A stretch of 64,000 nt of DNA from a virus. The position numbers were made by a program, and so were the translations under genes. The notes under the pieces are model-generated. The model saw only the letters and a program-made list of their open reading frames with translations, made no database searches and was not told the origin of the DNA. Location of the stretch: the IMG/VR virus record IMGVR_UViG_3300010244_000098. One strand, written 5' to 3'. Below, one piece after another: positions 45,905 through 55,035 of the stretch (position 1 is the first letter of the stretch; the number at the start of each line of letters is the position of its first letter).

Positions 45905-46762
45905 TTATTTAGGATCGAACAAAGATGTTTTTACACGAGACGCACGGCTGCTATTATTCAATACCGATCTTATTGGTTTTGAATCAGATGACAGATCTAA
46001 CGGTTGTCCGTCGACCAGGTTCCCTGTCCATTTTTTCTTTGCTTCTTCTTTTTCCTGATAATCTTCTGTAGACTCTTCGGGCTCTGTGTCTGCATGCGTT
46101 TCTTCTTTTTCCTCGTTCTCTTGTAACTCGTGTTCTTTTTCTTTCGTTCCTTGTGGTTCGTCCTCTTTTTCTTCGTTTGCTTGCGGTTTGTCTTCTTTAT
46201 TCTGAGAATCGTCCTCCTCGTTGGTCTGAGGTTCTTTGGATTCTTCGTTGTCTGAATTAAAAATAATACGAACCGTATCGGTTTCACTTTCGTTCTCTTT
46301 CTCAACGATATTATCGACCGTTTCTTTGTCTTGTTCGTCCGGGTTACTCTCCTCACGGTTTTCATCCGTGTCATTATCCGTTTCCAGTGTTTCTTTTTGA
46401 TTTTCAAGCACGTTTTCCTGACTTAAAGCTCCCTGGCCAATGTCGTTTGATTCGTCCTCTTTTGACTCTTTAGGATCTTCAACAGGGTTCATCCCATCAA
46501 AAACAATATCCCGTTCCACCTTCGGTTCTTGTTGCTCAAGAGGCTCAGATTCCTCTTTTTCGATAGTGATAGACGCCGAATCTTGCGGTGTTGATGACTC
46601 CTGGACTGATTCCGTTCTCGATTCAGCGGGGTCAGACGCTTTACCAATCAACGACCAAAAACTCTGGGCCTCTTTGGGTTTTGATTTTTCTCTATGGATC
46701 ACTTCTCCTGTTTCGTTCTCAACAACTTCTAACACATTATATGTACGATATAACCAACTCAT
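45905..46762 (-). CDS. Acidic low-complexity protein
   Basis: E/K/D-rich ORF with an AAGAAGGGA RBS region. Confidence 0.65.
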   Translation of the reverse strand: MSWLYRTYNVLEVVENETGEVIHREKSKPKEAQSFWSLIGKASDPAESRTESVQESSTPQDSASITIEKEESEPLEQQEPKVERDIVFDGMNPVEDPKESKEDESNDIGQGALSQENVLENQKETLETDNDTDENREESNPDEQDKETVDNIVEKENESETDTVRIIFNSDNEESKEPQTNEEDDSQNKEDKPQANEEKEDEPQGTKEKEHELQENEEKEETHADTEPEESTEDYQEKEEAKKKWTGNLVDGQPLDLSSDSKPIRSVLNNSSRASRVKTSLFDPK

Positions 46763-46805
46763 TATTATCCATTTCCCTTCTTTTGTATCGTTTCTATTTA
46801 CACGA

Positions 46806-47870
46806 CTAACTATTGTTGACAGCTGTTACCTCCGACACTACAAACTGAACGCCTTGTTGACTCAATATCGACGCCGTTTCCTGTGAGGCATGTTCGTAAA
46901 CCTTGAATTCTTTTGTTTCTCCCGGTTCTATGTCTACCATAAAAAGATAATCCGGATGGCCAACACCATGGCCGTTCATGTTTTCTGCTTGAAATGTTGC
47001 GTTGATCACATAAGGCCTATCGGACGTGTTCTCTACTGTCACGGGAAGAGACGTATCGACCCAGCCTTCTTCCGTCTTTTCTGCCAAAAAATCGCCTGTT
47101 TCAATATGTATGTCTTTTTGGACAGACGGCTCTGACGCCATGACCGTTTCTTCGCTTTCCCCGACTTCTTTTTCTTCCTCGTCAGCCAAGTTCGTGGACT
47201 GTTCGTCCGTTTGTTGCTGACTTTGAGCAACACGTGGCGGTGAAATAACCGTAGAGAAAATCAGTAACACCAAGGTTAGAAAGGACGCTCCAGTTAAAAT
47301 AATATGTATACGTTTGGATGATTTCTCTGTTCCTCTTCCGGCATAACGGAAAAACTGAATAGTTCCTATAGCCGTTAATAAAAACCCAACGAATCCCAGC
47401 AAGAGAGTGAATACCCCCGTCAGACCAAGAGGCGAGATAAAGGTTGAAATCAATAACCCTGCAATGGATACCGCTACACCCAAGTAAGCTGTCACCGGCT
47501 GTTTGTCAGGTAAGGACGAAGTACCCCTTTCTTTATGTAATGAGGAAAAAGCCTCCATATGTTCTTTCGTGTTGTCTTCTTTTGTCACTCGAGGGTGTTG
47601 GCCGGTGGGTTTTTGAACAATCGGACGATCATGCACGGAAACGATCTGCTGAACACGTTTGGACTGCATTATATAAATGCCTGACTTCGTCCGTCGCAAT
47701 AGATCAGCAGAGCGCCCTTCTTTGACCAAGGTTTTTCCGTTGCTCATTCCTTCAAACACCGACGATTTCACAGCCAGCATTCGTCCGTCTTTAATCATGG
47801 TTCCTTTGTCTAACACGAGATAGGCCAATTCAATCTGTTGTTGATTCAATTGATAAAGATTTACCGGCAA
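46806..47870 (-). CDS. Membrane protein with 3 TM helices and a C-terminal FxLYD/Ig-like extracellular domain
   Basis: Central hydrophobic helices; C-terminal PVTVENTSDRPY..NATFQA..G......DIEPGETKEF pattern. Confidence 0.6.
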   Translation of the reverse strand: MPVNLYQLNQQQIELAYLVLDKGTMIKDGRMLAVKSSVFEGMSNGKTLVKEGRSADLLRRTKSGIYIMQSKRVQQIVSVHDRPIVQKPTGQHPRVTKEDNTKEHMEAFSSLHKERGTSSLPDKQPVTAYLGVAVSIAGLLISTFISPLGLTGVFTLLLGFVGFLLTAIGTIQFFRYAGRGTEKSSKRIHIILTGASFLTLVLLIFSTVISPPRVAQSQQQTDEQSTNLADEEEKEVGESEETVMASEPSVQKDIHIETGDFLAEKTEEGWVDTSLPVTVENTSDRPYVINATFQAENMNGHGVGHPDYLFMVDIEPGETKEFKVYEHASQETASILSQQGVQFVVSEVTAVNNS

Positions 47871-48067
47871 TGGTTCACCTTCTCCCCTTTATCTTCTTGA
47901 GGATGCTCGAGCAACGCCTCAATGACCTGTTGGTCTGTGACGGTTTCCATCAGCACTGTAACCAACTGTGTCCGTGATAAGCGAAATTGACTTGAAAGCT
48001 CGTTCAACCGGTCCAACGCTGTCCCTTCCACTCGGATTCGAACCGATGAGTGGCGTGATTTACCCAT
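47861..48067 (-). CDS. Ribbon-helix-helix protein
   Basis: Start moved to ATG 48067; SVRIRVEGTALDRLNELSSQFRLSRTQLVTVLME. Confidence 0.7.
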   Translation of the reverse strand: MGKSRHSSVRIRVEGTALDRLNELSSQFRLSRTQLVTVLMETVTDQQVIEALLEHPQEDKGEKVNHCR

Positions 48068-48248
48068 AACCCCACTCCTTTCTTTACTAATATATGTATG
48101 AAGCATGGAGCAATGTCCACAAAAGGGCCCGGCAGGTGCCCTTTGAGGTCATTTGTAGTATAGCAAAGCGGACAAAATAAAAACAAGCCCACCCCATGGC
48201 AGGCTTGTCCTTATGCTATTTATGTGAGAAAAGAGAGGCGTAAGTCGT

Positions 48249-48608
48249 CTAACTGTTTGTCTGACCTGTACCCCAGTTTTCAATTGTCTGCCCGGCACCT
48301 TGAGAGATACCAACGATACGATTGTAAGCATTGAAACCGAAGAACCCTCCGATAACTAACGCCGCAATGGCTACACCGATGTTTCCACCGCGTCCTTGCT
48401 GGCTTGTGATTGCCTGGAAGATTTTCCACGCTGCAAAGCCGAATAAAACAACGGCCAGGAAACCGGCAAAATATCCAACTAATGCTTCACCATCCATACG
48501 CATACTGTCAAACATATCGAAAATGTTCCATGAGCTGTTTGATGACTCTCGAGTTCCACCGTTTGCAAATACGAATAGGTTCATCGCTCCATTATGTAGT
48601 GCGTTCAT
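48249..48608 (-). CDS. Pilin-like (VirB2/TrbC-like) small membrane protein
   Basis: Two hydrophobic helices joined by a short basic/Gly loop (WKIFQAITSQQGRGGNIG), small size, own promoter, in the transfer region. Start ATG 48608 (or GTG 48617). Confidence 0.5.
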   Translation of the reverse strand: MNALHNGAMNLFVFANGGTRESSNSSWNIFDMFDSMRMDGEALVGYFAGFLAVVLFGFAAWKIFQAITSQQGRGGNIGVAIAALVIGGFFGFNAYNRIVGISQGAGQTIENWGTGQTNS

Positions 48609-48707
48609 TATGTACACCCTTCTTTCTATGTTTAAATTTTTCGACTTGGTGTGGTTTAAAGACCACTATGTAAGTCACTGCGCGCAGCTTTCCTTCGCTA
48701 CAAATTC

Positions 48708-48748
48708 ACTATATCACATCGTTTTTTATAAATCATCTTTTTTCACAA
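48708..48748 (-). promoter_or_regulatory. Promoter with extended -10 and TTGTGAAAAA box
   Basis: Minus strand: TTGTGAAAAAA...GTGaTATAGT (-10 at 48708-48713); box 1 nt closer than in the RNAP promoter. Confidence 0.5.
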
Positions 48749-48753
48749 AACCC

Positions 48754-49302
48754 TTACATGACGCCTTTTTCAGTCACTAAACAGATATATTCATCATCGA
48801 TTCGCTGGTTTCTGTTGTCGTACAAAGGATACCTCATGATTGTCACGAAATCATACTGCCGATAAACCCCCAGCGGTGCCTTCACGGCCACGTCTCCATC
48901 CGGAATGGCTTCTGTCACTTCGTCCATTACCCAGACGTCAACCGGAGGAAACCATCCTTCTTCTGTTCGAATGTCGAATAGGGCTTTGACCCGGTCTACG
49001 GCTTTCGCCGGAGCATTGTTTTCAGAGAATAACGACTCTTTCTTCTCATCAAATGCCCAACGGTACGCCCGGTCGCCCACGGCATCGTTATCCATGATCG
49101 CGTCGATATTGACCCCTACTGTTTTAAGTTGAAAAACACCGGGTTTGGCCTCAATTAAACAGCCTGCACCCAGATATCCCGGGTCAGAATACAGTGTTCC
49201 TGTCTCCCGGATGGTTTGTACAGTTCCCGGAGAGACGTATCCTACTTTCACTAAAGGTTCTTGGACAACAGCTGAACGAGTTTCACTTAATGCCACAATC
49301 AT
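48754..49302 (-). CDS. Hypothetical protein
   Basis: AAGGAAAG RBS region; no motif recognised. Confidence 0.65.
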   Translation of the reverse strand: MIVALSETRSAVVQEPLVKVGYVSPGTVQTIRETGTLYSDPGYLGAGCLIEAKPGVFQLKTVGVNIDAIMDNDAVGDRAYRWAFDEKKESLFSENNAPAKAVDRVKALFDIRTEEGWFPPVDVWVMDEVTEAIPDGDVAVKAPLGVYRQYDFVTIMRYPLYDNRNQRIDDEYICLVTEKGVM

Positions 49303-49320
49303 TCCATCACTTTCTTTCCT

Positions 49321-50292
49321 TTAATTATCGCCGGCAATCAATAACACGGCCCCAAGAAGAAGGAACGGAAGAAACCCGGCAATCAAATTCCCGAATCCGG
49401 ACATCAATCCGCTTCCTTCAACTTCACCATTGACCTGTTCACTGGCTACATTTAACGCATCAATGCCGTCTTCCTGACTCTGTTCCACGAAACGAGGACT
49501 GGAGCCTGGCGGTAAATCGTCAGGATCCATTTCCTGCGCTTGTTGTTCATTATTCACTACGGAGCCTTCTTCTCCGAAATACACCGTTGGATCAAAGCCT
49601 TGTTCAAACCCGCCGTGTTCTTCACTGTCGCTGGGTTCTCCCGTGCTGTAATCCAATTCGGTATTCACAGAACCATTCTTAATTGCTATGTATTGATATT
49701 CAGACCCGCCGGTAAATGTACTGCCCACCAGAGGATTCTCGCTTTCCCACGTCCCCATGGACACGGGTGTTCCGTCTGACTCAAGGGCACGGTACCCGAC
49801 AAACAAGTAAGTTGGAATGACATCTTCCTGTGCGTGATACATGGGAACGACCTGCATATCAAGCCACACGTCGTCACGGTTGCTTATATCATTGGTGATA
49901 TGCTCGTTGAGATGATCCAACTGCTCTTTTGTTTCCTTTGTCAGAGCAATATGGTTTTTACTCCCCGTTGCTCCTCCGAGTTCCGGAGGAATTGTCCAAT
50001 ACGGCATTAAAAACTCTTGAGCGTTATCAGAGAATTCGTCCATCTCTCCTTGAGAAGGAGTTCCCGATTCCAAAGGAACGTCGTCCCCTTTTGCTAAGCT
50101 CCGACTGATGACCCGCTGACCGAAATCATTCGTCATCGTTGTATACACGCCGTCTTTTTCTTTGGCATACTCCAAACCAAACGATTCATGGTTCACGGAT
50201 GATTGTGCTTCAGCCTGTACAGAAAACCCGGTTGAGAAAACACTGAGACCGACGGTTAACAAACTCAAGATTGTTTTACTGAATCGAAACAT
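49321..50292 (-). CDS. Secreted protein with a degenerate DNA/RNA non-specific endonuclease (EndA/streptodornase-like) fold
   Basis: Start moved to ATG 50292; signal peptide; PYWTIPPELGG..SKNHIALT...VWLDMQVVPMYHAQEDVIP resembles the R-G-H-L-I..LGG..NL...Y.VTP.Y..ELVP pattern without the His; C-terminal TM anchor. Confidence 0.45.
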   Translation of the reverse strand: MFRFSKTILSLLTVGLSVFSTGFSVQAEAQSSVNHESFGLEYAKEKDGVYTTMTNDFGQRVISRSLAKGDDVPLESGTPSQGEMDEFSDNAQEFLMPYWTIPPELGGATGSKNHIALTKETKEQLDHLNEHITNDISNRDDVWLDMQVVPMYHAQEDVIPTYLFVGYRALESDGTPVSMGTWESENPLVGSTFTGGSEYQYIAIKNGSVNTELDYSTGEPSDSEEHGGFEQGFDPTVYFGEEGSVVNNEQQAQEMDPDDLPPGSSPRFVEQSQEDGIDALNVASEQVNGEVEGSGLMSGFGNLIAGFLPFLLLGAVLLIAGDN

Positions 50293-50308
50293 TAATCCAT
50301 CCTCCTTT

Positions 50309-53062
50309 CTAATCCCCGAGTTCTTGTTCTGCACCCGGGTCATTGTAGCTCATTTCATAATACGTTGAACTATATCTCGGAAGCAAGTCCCTCTCGCGCT
50401 CTTTAAAGAGTTGACGAACATACGCTCTGTCCCGTTCTCCTTCGGTTATCTTCACTTCCGGTTCAGGCACGGCACGGATCAGACGGGCTTCCCGGGCGCG
50501 CTGGAGTTCTTCGTTTTCTTCTTCCTCCTCCAACTCTTGTTGTCGAAGGATTTCGTATTGACGATTTAATCGGATCAATTCGTCTGTTAAATTAAATGGT
50601 TCGTCTAAGTCGTGCTCTCTCGTCCATTCTACTGTTTCCTCTTTTTCACGTTCCACAATCGGAGGGGATATCTCCAAAAACTCCCGGTTCATGTCGACAG
50701 CGTCGTCGTGAGCAAGCGTATATGAAGCGTGTTCTTTTATGTAATCATCCTCGTGACGACGCAGGGGTCTGGGCAGTTCTCCGCCTTCTTCAGCAACAGC
50801 GATAAAATCCAAAGCTTCACTGACCCCGTTGGCTTCATTTTGAAAATAAGTGTACTCCGGATAGTCTTCGGTATTCTGCCCGGACCGGTCCAGATAAGAT
50901 AAGGCATTTCGAAAAGCTTTCTGCCTCGATTCGTGCATGGATCGATTCGCCTCTAAAACTCGAGGCGATACCCGTCTTGACTGATCCCGGTCTAAATCAT
51001 AAATTGTCCGGGCAATATCGTACCCTTTCACTTCGTTGAAGCGTTCTTTATCAACAGCAGGAGTTTCTTTCTGCTCCCGAATCTGCATTTGGGATTCCAA
51101 TCCGTCGTAAACACGACTCATCGCCCGAACTTTTCCGTCGTACTTCACTAGTTGATCTAACGACTTGTCTCCAACGCCTTCACTCTCCAATCGTTCTATA
51201 ACCGGAGCGGACAGCCGTTCAGAGACCGACAGATCTCGATTGGTTGCATAGGTCTTAGGCTCCCGCGGAATGGCTCTGACACTGTGTTTCACACGGTTAT
51301 GCACCCGGTCTACCCATTCTTCTTTGTCTAATCCGTCCCCCGTAGGATATTTCTCACGGCGGTAATGAAGATACGGTTTCGGTTGTTGATCCATTAAGTA
51401 TTGATATTTATCCCGGACTCCGCCGTGATAGGTTGATTCCGTATCGTATAAATCCCGCATAGCTCCGGATTCTTTAACAACCTCGCCTTTATCAGCCAAC
51501 ATGTCATAATCATCACGGAGGGACGTATAGTAATCCGTTTTCTCTTTTGCTTCTTTCCACCGTTTGGGATAATCCCGAATACGTTTTTCCATTTGAAGCA
51601 AACCGTTGGACTCTGACTTTTCCTGACCTAAATCGTCGGCGATGTGTTCTTTTAGAGATTCATCATCCAAAAGGGCCAGCTGTAAGCCTTTTGGCGTCAA
51701 CGATCCTTGTACAACCCGTCGCTCCCGGTTGTCCATAGATGATTCCTGCTCTTTTTCAAAAGCCTTTTTATCCCCTACAACACGTAAGGGTTTCATCGAT
51801 GTATACAGTCCGTTGACCAATTCTTCTTTCAAACGATCGTTAACAACGTCTCGAAGACGGTCTCGTTCTTTTTCGTAGCTTTCTGACTCCGTGTCCGGAG
51901 CTTTTGTTTCAACATAGGTATCCACGGCTTCTTCAAACGAATCATACCCCACGACATTTCGGTGCGTATCGAGCATGTGGTCAACGTATTGACCGGATAA
52001 GCGGTTCGCTTCTTTCATATCTTGACGGTTGCTTTTAAACCGCCAGTTCTTTTGCTGACTCCGCAGATCTTTGTCATACGCCGCTCCGTCGTATTCGGGA
52101 TTTTTCTCTCCTTTAGGCAGAGCATCATAGATCCGGACCAACTGCTGGCTGAGAGCCGTATGTTCAAGAAACAACTGCGTACTGTTCTGTTTCACCAGCT
52201 GATGGTGGGCGGATAAATTATTCGTGAACGGTTTAGCCCCTTTTGTTCGTGTCAATTCCTGGTCCACCCCGTCTTTGAACGACCGCATAACGCGCTGATG
52301 TAGTTTCCCGCGCTCTCCCTGGTGTTCGTGGTTGGAAGGAGTATCTTCAACAAGGAATAAATCATTATATGTATGTGCCGGGTTCTTTTTTGACTTGTAC
52401 GGTTGTTTCTTAGACCCACGCACCATGCGTTCCTCAGGGACATTGTTCATGTCCGTGGTTTCAATCAGCGTTAAATGGACGTGAACGTTAGCCGTATCCA
52501 CCTGGATTGCTGCCGTCCATTCCGGTTCTACGAAATGAGCCTTTTCGGTCATTCGTTCCATGCCTTTTGTAACTGCACGGCGCAGTTTCAATTGGTCCAC
52601 TTGGCCATGATACTTTCCTTCGTCCTGGTTATTTTCTACGTCGTCCATATCTTCAGGAACAACCTTTTTGCGTTTTAAATAATCATGCGAAAAACTGACC
52701 ACCGGCGTTATCAATGTATGCCCGTCTTCCAGAGCCCGTTCTGTTTTTTGTACAGAATCCGTAAACTGGTCCCGAGTGTACACCAATCCTTGACTGCCAA
52801 ACAGCCGTGCCGATTGATCGGTTACTTTCTGGTCTTCATGGTATAAGGTTTGTTCGTCGCCCAATTCCTCAATCACTTGTTCCGATTGGGCATTCCGTTG
52901 GTCATATGCTTCTTCATACGCCCGTAACGTCTGTTGGGGCGTGTAAGGCGCTAATTCTTCCGTGGCGTCCAACCTGGATGTGTATCGGCGTATGTAGTTT
53001 CCCGGTGTTCCTCCGGCTTTCGCTCCGAACTGACTGACCATCACGATATCGCTGCTCGCCAT
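50309..53062 (-). CDS. Conjugative relaxase, MobL/MobP2-like
   Basis: N-terminal TPGNYIRRYTSRLDATE (candidate catalytic Tyr), TPVVSFSHDYL, and HUH motif WTAAIQVDTANVHVHLTL; long helical C-terminal region. Confidence 0.8.
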   Translation of the reverse strand: MASSDIVMVSQFGAKAGGTPGNYIRRYTSRLDATEELAPYTPQQTLRAYEEAYDQRNAQSEQVIEELGDEQTLYHEDQKVTDQSARLFGSQGLVYTRDQFTDSVQKTERALEDGHTLITPVVSFSHDYLKRKKVVPEDMDDVENNQDEGKYHGQVDQLKLRRAVTKGMERMTEKAHFVEPEWTAAIQVDTANVHVHLTLIETTDMNNVPEERMVRGSKKQPYKSKKNPAHTYNDLFLVEDTPSNHEHQGERGKLHQRVMRSFKDGVDQELTRTKGAKPFTNNLSAHHQLVKQNSTQLFLEHTALSQQLVRIYDALPKGEKNPEYDGAAYDKDLRSQQKNWRFKSNRQDMKEANRLSGQYVDHMLDTHRNVVGYDSFEEAVDTYVETKAPDTESESYEKERDRLRDVVNDRLKEELVNGLYTSMKPLRVVGDKKAFEKEQESSMDNRERRVVQGSLTPKGLQLALLDDESLKEHIADDLGQEKSESNGLLQMEKRIRDYPKRWKEAKEKTDYYTSLRDDYDMLADKGEVVKESGAMRDLYDTESTYHGGVRDKYQYLMDQQPKPYLHYRREKYPTGDGLDKEEWVDRVHNRVKHSVRAIPREPKTYATNRDLSVSERLSAPVIERLESEGVGDKSLDQLVKYDGKVRAMSRVYDGLESQMQIREQKETPAVDKERFNEVKGYDIARTIYDLDRDQSRRVSPRVLEANRSMHESRQKAFRNALSYLDRSGQNTEDYPEYTYFQNEANGVSEALDFIAVAEEGGELPRPLRRHEDDYIKEHASYTLAHDDAVDMNREFLEISPPIVEREKEETVEWTREHDLDEPFNLTDELIRLNRQYEILRQQELEEEEENEELQRAREARLIRAVPEPEVKITEGERDRAYVRQLFKERERDLLPRYSSTYYEMSYNDPGAEQELGD

Positions 53063-53084
53063 AAGCCACCTCCTTTATTGTTGT

Positions 53085-53687
53085 TTATGCCGGATCCGAC
53101 TCCTGTTTCCGTTGTTTTGAACGCACGTCCCGGGCATGTTGATCGCCGTAAGGTTGTATAGCTTTTTTAACAGCCTGCGCAATTGTATCGTCATAGATCG
53201 CTGTATTCGTCACGTTGGCTTGGCTGGTAGCTCCAATCCAATACGCTAGAAGTTGAAGCATTGATCCGTTATCTTTTAATGACTGCGTTCCAGCCTGTTC
53301 TTGAGCGGAATACAGGTTTTCCATTCCGTTTGCCAAAGCCTGAAACCACTCGTCCTGATTTTTCTGCAGATCCGCGATATCGTTGACAGAGACATTTACC
53401 GTGTTATTCGGAATCATCCGTTTTTTCGCCTCGTTTACGTAGGTCATATTCACACCCGGTGTCAACTGAGTTAATAAAGCAATACGACTCTGTGCCTTAA
53501 CTCCTGAAAGTAAAGCTAACAACGATGTGTTTACGATCGCTGCATTGCTGTCTGTCAATCCAAAACTTTCATTCACACGTCGTGTCGTACCGTTGGCCTC
53601 TGAGACGGGAATTTCGTTGATTGTTTGATTTAATTCATCAAATAACGCTTTTGGGATCCGTACAACAACCATGTCTGATTTAGCCAT
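53085..53687 (-). CDS. Relaxosome accessory-like protein with an N-terminal RHH-like segment
   Basis: MVVVRIPKALFDELNQTI; directly upstream of the relaxase. Confidence 0.5.
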   Translation of the reverse strand: MAKSDMVVVRIPKALFDELNQTINEIPVSEANGTTRRVNESFGLTDSNAAIVNTSLLALLSGVKAQSRIALLTQLTPGVNMTYVNEAKKRMIPNNTVNVSVNDIADLQKNQDEWFQALANGMENLYSAQEQAGTQSLKDNGSMLQLLAYWIGATSQANVTNTAIYDDTIAQAVKKAIQPYGDQHARDVRSKQRKQESDPA

Positions 53688-53992
53688 TACATATCTCCTT
53701 CCTCATTATAATAATTTTCGCCGTTCATATAACGAAACAGCAATGTTTCTACTCGGCTCATTGTTTCTACTGTTTTTTGCTGTTCCTCACGCAGACCGAC
53801 AAAAGCGTCGGTCATTTGGTTGAGCCGTGTAAGGGCCGGTTCGTTGTAATCATACAAGCCCTGCTCAATCTGCAGATACATATCCAGCGCCTCACCAATA
53901 ATATCGCTCTGACTCTTGCTTATTGTTTTTGAATAATGTTCCAACCGACTCTTTAACGCCGGCTCTATCGATATTGTCATTCTTTTTGCCAA
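53687..53992 (-). CDS. MobC/CopG-like ribbon-helix-helix protein
   Basis: KRMTISIEPALKSRLEHYSKTISKSQSDIIGEALDMYL; start probably TTG 53992 (GGAGG RBS); coupled to the next gene. Confidence 0.7.
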   Translation of the reverse strand: MAKRMTISIEPALKSRLEHYSKTISKSQSDIIGEALDMYLQIEQGLYDYNEPALTRLNQMTDAFVGLREEQQKTVETMSRVETLLFRYMNGENYYNEEGDM

Positions 53993-54119
53993 ATCATTGA
54001 CCCTCCTTTTTCTCACTCACCCAAGTGGTGTTTTGGTGTATCATAAGTTTAGTATAGCACGTCACTGAGGCACAAAAAAGGGTGCCCCAAAGACACCCTT
54101 TAATCGCATTGTCGACCGT

Positions 54120-54704
54120 TCATCCAGGGAAGAACGTCACGTTTTCATCCCAATATTCACGGTCTTCCTCGTCACTGGCTTCTACATGCTCTGTATTTAA
54201 TGTTAATCCGTAATCATCTCTGAAATGATTCACAATAGTCTTAGCCAATCCCCGATCAATAACCGTTAAAATATAATATTCCAGCATTCCGTCATCATAG
54301 GTGATGTGAATATAATGACCTCTCTCCAATGGATCTTTGACATAAGACATTTCATGATATAGTGATTTTTTATGAATCTTCTGATACATCGTATACTCTT
54401 CAAGCTCTACGTACTCGTACTGTTCATGAACCTGAGTTTCGTCTAGTGTATAGAATAAATAAAGCAGAGACGAAAAAATCTCACGTTCTTTAGGTAAAGC
54501 TTCATCGACCGAAACAGATACGCCGTTTCGGAGAAAACCATAGGGCTCTTGGGAACGCTCATAATCGCCTACGACAAGACCTTTGTGATTCAATATAAAA
54601 TGAATCTCTTCCCATTTAGTCAATTTTCTACAACTCCTTCGCTCTGTATCCGCTCTCGATTGGAACGAATATAGAGTATCTCTTTTCTTTCTTCTGTTCT
54701 TCAC
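54120..54704 (-). CDS. Hypothetical protein
   Basis: 194-aa ORF, AT-rich, weak RBS; start uncertain. Confidence 0.55.
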   Translation of the reverse strand: MKNRRKKRDTLYSFQSRADTERRSCRKLTKWEEIHFILNHKGLVVGDYERSQEPYGFLRNGVSVSVDEALPKEREIFSSLLYLFYTLDETQVHEQYEYVELEEYTMYQKIHKKSLYHEMSYVKDPLERGHYIHITYDDGMLEYYILTVIDRGLAKTIVNHFRDDYGLTLNTEHVEASDEEDREYWDENVTFFPG

Positions 54705-55035
54705 TCTTAGGGGTTCTTAGTATGTTTTTTACAAAGTTAAAAGGAACAAACGTATGAATCTCTTATTGGCCTTTATTATAGCACGTGAGCGCGAAAAGAC
54801 AAAGATGCGAACGGGGTTCAGTGTTTCTCGATTAAAACCATTAAGTCCCGAATTCACACCTCAAAAAGAATCTCCTTTTTTATCCGCTTTAAGAATTCTT
54901 TACTATTTCTTTACATGAACAGCGCACTCCTCCGACCGTTTTTGGAGGCTATTGCTCTTTTTGTACTACAACAAGTATACTGAAAGAGGAAACATTCATC
55001 ATTCAATATGAACTAGCAAAGGAGAGGATTATTCG

